From assembly GCA_963538075.1 (NCBI GenBank), contig CAUTGQ010000001.1, positions 1-32,076 of the forward strand: a DNA stretch of 32,076 bases, read 5' to 3'. Of this stretch, positions 26,881-32,076 are shown one piece after another. The notes beneath the pieces were generated by a model, which was given only the letters and a program-made list of their open reading frames with translations, made no database searches and was not told the origin of the DNA. The stretch comes from an uncultured Atopobiaceae bacterium. GTDB taxonomy: Bacteria > Actinomycetota > Coriobacteriia > Coriobacteriales > Atopobiaceae. A program made the translations under genes and the position numbers. How positions within the stretch are numbered: the first letter of the stretch is position 1; every line of letters starts with the position of its first letter.

Positions 26881-26909
26881 AAAAACCGGCAGCGCAAAGC
26901 TGCCGGTTT
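26881..26909 (-). terminator. terminator after tRNA-Arg(CCT)
   Basis: AAACCGGCAGC-gcaaa-GCTGCCGGTTT with a T-run on the minus strand. Confidence 0.8.
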
Positions 26910-26917
26910 AAAATCAA

Positions 26918-26993
26918 TGGTGCCCCCGGGCCGATTCGAACGGCCGACACCCGCTTTAGGAGAGCGGTGCTCTATCCCCTGAGCTACGAAGGC
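26918..26993 (-). tRNA. tRNA-Arg(CCT)
   Basis: Reverse complement GCCTTCGTAGCTCAGGGGATAGAGCA-CCGCT-ctCCTaa-AGCGG...GTTCGAATC...GGGGGCACCA. Confidence 0.95.
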
Positions 26994-27115
26994 ATGTGGG
27001 ATATTCTACTCACGTAGGCTCGCGTACGCAAATCTTGCTAGCAAGCTAGCAACTGCGTGACGAGAAGTGCTGTGCGCTCGGCATCGCTTGCGGCGCCGGC
27101 AGCAGCACGAAGCCG

Positions 27116-27742
27116 CTACTTACGACGAGCCTTGCGCTCGGCCCTCTTCCTGTCGTACTCGGCCTGACGCTCAAGGTAGAAATCGTTGAGCTTCTTGTCG
27201 GTCATGCCAGCAACCTTAGCTTCAATCTTCTTACGAAGAGGACGCATCTTAAAGAAGCTGTAGACGACCGAACCAAAGATGCAGAAGTAAGCAAAGACCA
27301 GCATGATGGCAGAAATCATACCAACGCCAGTGTTCAAATCCCTGGACTCAGGAACCATATACGAAAGCACCAGCGTAATGATGGTTGCTACAAAGCCAAG
27401 ACCCAAGAAGACCCACCAAACGCGCTCGGCGCGATGATAGTCTGGATCTGCGCGCAGCATTGCCTCAAATCCACGGCTGCGGATATCCTCGCGCTCACGC
27501 TGACGAGCACGTGCGGCACGCTTCTCTTCTTTGCTCTTTGGACCGCTGGAGCCGGAGCCAGAACCACTCACGCGTACAGACGCAGCTGCCTCTCGTACTG
27601 GTTTAGCAGTAGCAGCAGATTTGCGACCAAAAGCGGAATACGAAGGACGCTCAGTCTCTTCAGAGTTTTCTTTCTTTGAAAGGCTAGCGGTAGCCTCACG
27701 CGCTTCTTTGGTTGCGCCTGTAATGGTGTCACGCAGTGACAT
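27116..27742 (-). CDS. hypothetical membrane protein (two TM helices, basic cytoplasmic regions)
   Basis: ATG after AAGGAG, overlapping the purC end by 14 nt. TM segments VWWVFLGLGFVATIITLVLSY and MISAIMLVFAYFCIFGSVVYSFF. Confidence 0.8.
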   Translation of the reverse strand: MSLRDTITGATKEAREATASLSKKENSEETERPSYSAFGRKSAATAKPVREAAASVRVSGSGSGSSGPKSKEEKRAARARQREREDIRSRGFEAMLRADPDYHRAERVWWVFLGLGFVATIITLVLSYMVPESRDLNTGVGMISAIMLVFAYFCIFGSVVYSFFKMRPLRKKIEAKVAGMTDKKLNDFYLERQAEYDRKRAERKARRK

Positions 27743-28625
27743 TGGTCTCCTTCAGTGGTACAAACTCAGTTCCCGTAATAATCTGGAATGCCGTACGATA
27801 ACGCTCGGACGTGCCCTCAATGACCTCTTCTGGAAGATGAGGTGGCTCTCCTTGCATGTCCCAGTGGGCTTTCAGCCAATCGCGTACGTACTGTTTGTCG
27901 TAGCTTGGCTGAACGTGTCCCTCAGAATAACCCTCAGCAGGCCAAAAACGGCTTGAATCAGGTGTAAGGCACTCATCAATAAGTGTAAGTTTTCCGTCGA
28001 TAAAACCAAACTCAAATTTAGTATCCGCAATAATAATTCCACGAGTTGCAGCATATTCTGCGGCAGCCTTGTAAATTGCAAGCGAAGCTTCCTTCAGCTG
28101 AGTAGCAACATCCTCGCCAACAATCTCACAGCAACGCTCAAACGAGATATTCTCGTCATGATCACCAAGCTCAGCCTTAGTGGAAGGGGTAAAAATTGGC
28201 TCAGGAAGCTTTGAGGCCTCGGTCAAACCGTCAGGCAGCTTAATGCCACAGACAGTGCCGTCCTGGTCGTAAGTCTTTTTGCCAGAACCTGTGAGGTAAC
28301 CGCGGACGATGCACTCGATTGGCACTGTTTGAGCCTTCTTAACCAGCATAGCGCGGCCAGCAAGGTACTCAGTGTAATCTGCAAACTGCTCAGGAGTCTG
28401 GTCTGGCAGAACAGAAATCATGTGGTTAGGCAGAAGATCCTTGAAGCGATTGAACCAAAATGCGCTAATACGCGTCAGAATTTCTCCCTTAAAAGGAATC
28501 TCGTCAGGAAGAATAAAGTCAAAAGCACTAATGCGATCGCTCGCAACCATCAAAAGTTTGTCGCCACAATCGTAGATATCGCGAACCTTACCGTGCGAAT
28601 CGGGACGAAGCTCAGCTCCAGCCAC
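27729..28625 (-). CDS. purC: phosphoribosylaminoimidazole-succinocarboxamide (SAICAR) synthase
   Basis: GKVRDIY, ASDRISAFD, ECIVRGYLTGSG, FTPSTKA, ADTKFEFG, TPDSSRFW and DKQYVRDWL. GTG start after GAGG. Confidence 0.96.
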   Translation of the reverse strand: MAGAELRPDSHGKVRDIYDCGDKLLMVASDRISAFDFILPDEIPFKGEILTRISAFWFNRFKDLLPNHMISVLPDQTPEQFADYTEYLAGRAMLVKKAQTVPIECIVRGYLTGSGKKTYDQDGTVCGIKLPDGLTEASKLPEPIFTPSTKAELGDHDENISFERCCEIVGEDVATQLKEASLAIYKAAAEYAATRGIIIADTKFEFGFIDGKLTLIDECLTPDSSRFWPAEGYSEGHVQPSYDKQYVRDWLKAHWDMQGEPPHLPEEVIEGTSERYRTAFQIITGTEFVPLKETNVTA

Positions 28626-28700
28626 AATGACCTCACTTCTGCGCAAAGCGCGTTGTATTGCAGGACTTTTGATTGTACGGCAAAATGCCCAAAAATCGGC

Positions 28701-30206
28701 CTACAACAACGTTTCTGTAACAGAGATATTATTTTGAGCGAGCAACGGAAGATGCAGCGAGAAGGTAGTGCCCTTTCCAAGCTCGGATTCAACCGAGATG
28801 GTGCCGTTGTGACGGTCCATAATCTCTTTTGTGATTGCCAAACCTACACCTAAACCGCCTGATGCGCGCTCACGGCTTTCTTCTGCACGCCAGAATCGCG
28901 AGAAGGTCTGTGGAATGTCCTCAGGAGCAATTCCCATGCCGTCATCAGACACGGAAATAACCGCATCGGTATCGTCAATTGAAACGGTTATGACAACATG
29001 ACCACCGTCATCGGTGTAGCGGATAGCGTTGCTCAACAAATTGGTCAAGGCTTCTCGGATCATGTCCGAATCAATATCAACAAAACAATTGCCCTCGGGT
29101 GTCTTATCCACAAACGTCAACGTGCGATTGTTTTCCTTGAAGAGCGTTTCTTGCACGGCAACAATGCTTGCCACCATTGCCACCACATTGACGCTTTCTG
29201 GGTTGAACTTTGTCTTTCCGTTCTCAAGTCTTGAGAGATGGAGCATGGCGTCTACCAGGCGAGAAAGACGTCTACTCTCAGACACAATGTTTTCCAAGCG
29301 CTCTTCATCTGCAGGTAAGATGCCATCTTGGATTGCCTCAACAGTGGCCATAATAGCCATGAGCGGAGTTCTGAGCTCGTGTGCAACATCACTGGTCAGA
29401 CGGCGTTCAAGCTTAATGTCTCTTTCGAGTGAAGACGCCATGTCATCAAAGGTCTCACCCAGGCGTCCTAGTTCATTCTCGCCACGTATGCCTGAACGAG
29501 CTGCAAGATTTCCGCTTCTGATCTGGACAGCCGTCTCGGTAATACGGCGTACCGGCTTGGTAAGCGAGCGTGAAGCCAAAATACCAATCAGTCCAGAAAG
29601 CGAGATTGCAATGGCTGCAGCAAGACTAATTGCCTGGTAGGAGCCATTACGGAACGCAATGTCTCGCTGGGTCAGGAACGGCTCTGAACCAAACGTCCAA
29701 ATTCTAATGCTGCCCACAGGTTCACCTTGGAGGTTTTGAACAACTGCATAAACCACGGCGTCACCCGTCTGAGGGCCAGACAGCGCGCTTTCTCCGCCAG
29801 GTCGGCGAGCATTTGGCGCCGAGTCGTCATACAGAACCACGCCAGAAACATCTAAGACCTGGATACCAATATCGGAATTGGTTGCAGAGGCCTGACGCGC
29901 AATAGAAAGCACATCGGCATTCCAGCCTTCTGCGCGCGCGTATGCCTGAGACATATTGAGCGCGGTAGTATCAACGGTGTTTTGTAGGTTCTCCCTGGTA
30001 TAAGTAGTAAAACGGTTTTCCCACACAATGCCCAAAACAGAAATGAGCACCAGTACCGTCATGACGGCAGTCAGCGCAAAGAACGCCGCCATACGGGTGG
30101 TAAAGCTTTGAGTGCCAACGGGGTCGGGCTTAATAGTTTTATAAGAACCCTCAGTTTCCGGAGGGTTCTTAAGAGAATTTGAGTGATGTTTCTTGAAGAG
30201 CGCCAA
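28701..30206 (-). CDS. HAMP-domain sensor histidine kinase (BaeS-like, two TM helices)
   Basis: SDVAHELRTPL H-box, NLLSNAIRY, DDGMGI, FSRFWR and GGLGVGL. TTG start is uncertain. Confidence 0.92.
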   Translation of the reverse strand: MALFKKHHSNSLKNPPETEGSYKTIKPDPVGTQSFTTRMAAFFALTAVMTVLVLISVLGIVWENRFTTYTRENLQNTVDTTALNMSQAYARAEGWNADVLSIARQASATNSDIGIQVLDVSGVVLYDDSAPNARRPGGESALSGPQTGDAVVYAVVQNLQGEPVGSIRIWTFGSEPFLTQRDIAFRNGSYQAISLAAAIAISLSGLIGILASRSLTKPVRRITETAVQIRSGNLAARSGIRGENELGRLGETFDDMASSLERDIKLERRLTSDVAHELRTPLMAIMATVEAIQDGILPADEERLENIVSESRRLSRLVDAMLHLSRLENGKTKFNPESVNVVAMVASIVAVQETLFKENNRTLTFVDKTPEGNCFVDIDSDMIREALTNLLSNAIRYTDDGGHVVITVSIDDTDAVISVSDDGMGIAPEDIPQTFSRFWRAEESRERASGGLGVGLAITKEIMDRHNGTISVESELGKGTTFSLHLPLLAQNNISVTETLL

Positions 30207-30217
30207 AGCTCTAAAGC

Positions 30218-30931
30218 TTAGGACTCGTGGCTAGCGTTGCCAGCCTCAAAGCGATAGCCAACACCGTGAACGGTGAACAGCCAGCGAGGATTACGAGGAT
30301 CATCGCCGAGCTTTGCGCGCAAGTTCTTGACATGCGAATCAATAGTGCGCTCATAGCCCTCAAAATCATAACCCAGGACCTTCTCGACAAGCTCCATACG
30401 TGTGTACACGCGGCCAGGATAGCGAGCAAGGGTGGTGAGCAGCTTAAACTCTGAAGCGGTCAGGTCAACTTCCTCGTTGTTGATGAGAATCTTATGACCA
30501 GAAATATCAATAGTAAGGGTACCGTAATCAAGCACGTCAACAGCAGTGTCTGGCTCAGAATACGTGCGACGGAACAATGCGCGGACGCGTGCCACCAGCT
30601 CACGTGGCGAGAAAGGCTTAACAAGATAGTCATCAGCACCAAGCTCAAGACCAATAATTCTGTCTTCTACCTCACCTTTTGCAGTAAGCATAATGATAGG
30701 CACATTTGAGGTATCTCTAATTGCACGGCAAACGCGCTCTCCAGAAAGTTTTGGGAGCATAAGATCGAGAATCACCAGGTCAAATGCGTGCTTTTCAAAC
30801 TCTTCAACTGCACTTTGACCGTCGCCAACGCCCTTAACAACGTAATTTTCGCGCTCAAGATATGCTGAGACGGCGTCACGGATGACTTTCTCATCTTCGA
30901 CAATCAGAATTTTCTTCTCGTCGGAAGCCAT
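30218..30931 (-). CDS. OmpR/PhoB-family response regulator
   Basis: ILIVEDE, LDLMLP, IIMLTAK, GADDYLVKPF and winged-helix motifs RTIDSHVKNLRAK and TVHGVGY. ATG after GGGGAG. Confidence 0.95.
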   Translation of the reverse strand: MASDEKKILIVEDEKVIRDAVSAYLERENYVVKGVGDGQSAVEEFEKHAFDLVILDLMLPKLSGERVCRAIRDTSNVPIIMLTAKGEVEDRIIGLELGADDYLVKPFSPRELVARVRALFRRTYSEPDTAVDVLDYGTLTIDISGHKILINNEEVDLTASEFKLLTTLARYPGRVYTRMELVEKVLGYDFEGYERTIDSHVKNLRAKLGDDPRNPRWLFTVHGVGYRFEAGNASHES

Positions 30932-31031
30932 TGTCTCCCCTTTTCTTTTGCCCTGCATGTATGTGCGTATGGCACATTACGATTATTCATTAATTATTTG
31001 TATTCATTCTATCTCTATACCTACAAATAAT

Positions 31032-32075
31032 CTACAAAGAAAAAACACGAACTGTCACGGAAGCCGGATATCCGCTGGTAGGATCCTTAACAGTTGAGTA
31101 GGTTACAAAAGAATCACAGTTGCCTTCTCGAGCGGGAAACTCTCCGTAATCAACGCTTCTATCCATTGAATAGAGCCAGTTTGCCGTTTGATTTTGCGTA
31201 TCAACAAGCACGTAAGAGGCGCGGCTCTTAACTATGTAAAGGCTACCTTTACCTGCCGTTATTGCATAAGGTTCACGCTCTATGACGTAAGGGTTTTCGC
31301 CTGAAGCAGGCAGGATATATGTTCCCATCTTGCCCAACAGACCACCCGAGTCATAACTTGCTTCAACTGACACAATGAACTTATCGTCTATGCGACTTGC
31401 TGCAAAAGGTTTGACAGATTGAGGCATAACAAGCTGGTCAACCTTGGTTTTAAGGTTGTCCCCCAGCAGGTATGCTGTAACACCATAGTAGGTGCCTTCG
31501 GAGGCGCGAACTCGAGGAGTAAGGGTAACTACGCCCTTTGAGATAGACGGTGCAGTAGCAAATCTACCTGGAGATTCTACGGCATCCGTTCCCTCAGAAT
31601 CCCCCACACGCCACACGTAGCAGTGCGAAGATTCACGGGTTTTCTCGCCAGAAGAAGCTGGTTGGACTAGCCAAACCACCTTATCGTCTCCGCAAGCAAA
31701 TGGAGCCGGATCCCAGTTTTTATCGGCCTTGTACAGTACCTTTGCGTCACCTGTGAGCTTGCCGTCAGAAAATGGTGCGGCGAGAAGCTCCCAATCAAAG
31801 GTTGTGGTATCCACCTCGACCCATGCGTATACAGAGTCAGAGCAGCGGACGTCGTAAATAACGGCGGTAGTATTGTTCATCTGTGCTGTAGGAACAACGT
31901 CAACTACCTGGCCAGACGTCAGCGAGAGAGCAGAACCCTTTACCATAGGCGTGGCAGATGCGCCGGCCGTGGTAACGGGAATCCAATTTCCGTCAGCTGG
32001 ATGTAGCACGCTTCCCAAAGGTAGCGTCCATGTCTGGCTTGGCTGAGCAGAATATTCCGTTGAGCTATAGGAGTC
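31032..32075 (-). CDS. hypothetical beta-rich protein, probably exported, 5' partial
   Basis: The frame stays open to the window edge (DSYSSTEYSAQPSQTWTLPLGS...). No TM segment or recognised catalytic motif in the visible part. Confidence 0.7.
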   Translation of the reverse strand, partial: DSYSSTEYSAQPSQTWTLPLGSVLHPADGNWIPVTTAGASATPMVKGSALSLTSGQVVDVVPTAQMNNTTAVIYDVRCSDSVYAWVEVDTTTFDWELLAAPFSDGKLTGDAKVLYKADKNWDPAPFACGDDKVVWLVQPASSGEKTRESSHCYVWRVGDSEGTDAVESPGRFATAPSISKGVVTLTPRVRASEGTYYGVTAYLLGDNLKTKVDQLVMPQSVKPFAASRIDDKFIVSVEASYDSGGLLGKMGTYILPASGENPYVIEREPYAITAGKGSLYIVKSRASYVLVDTQNQTANWLYSMDRSVDYGEFPAREGNCDSFVTYSTVKDPTSGYPASVTVRVFSL

Positions 32076-32076
32076 C

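Noticed and set aside
30984..31008. TATTCATT direct repeat upstream of the OmpR-family regulator
   Set aside because: The 17-bp period does not fit the usual 10-11-bp OmpR-family tandem spacing, and the region is AT-rich.

Overview
Gene-dense chromosomal backbone. Gene content and order suggest a Coriobacteriia actinobacterium (Atopobium/Lancefieldella-like); this is inferred, not searched. In order: partial PAP2 phosphatase, YfcE-type metallophosphoesterase, LytS/LytTR two-component pair, QueT transporter, divergent murT-gatD pair, pyruvate:ferredoxin oxidoreductase, fold-type-IV aminotransferase-like protein, purH, GNAT plus gluQ, tRNA-Ser(GCT) and tRNA-Arg(ACG), a small unknown gene behind an SOS-box palindrome, serS, a small membrane protein, tRNA-Leu(CAG), the actinobacterial cell-wall signalling cluster (polytopic non-RD Ser/Thr kinase, fhaA, fhaB, PP2C phosphatase, natural RodA-PbpA fusion, PASTA kinase), a 133-bp inverted-repeat element, tRNA-Arg(CCT), a membrane protein, purC, an OmpR/BaeS-type two-component pair and a partial hypothetical gene. 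No CRISPR array, integrase or transposase is visible. The main leads are a GatD lacking both catalytic residues paired with a remodelled MurT (possible alternative peptidoglycan modification), the SEDS-bPBP fusion, the multi-pass non-RD kinase, the putatively LexA-controlled unknown gene and the inverted-repeat element.
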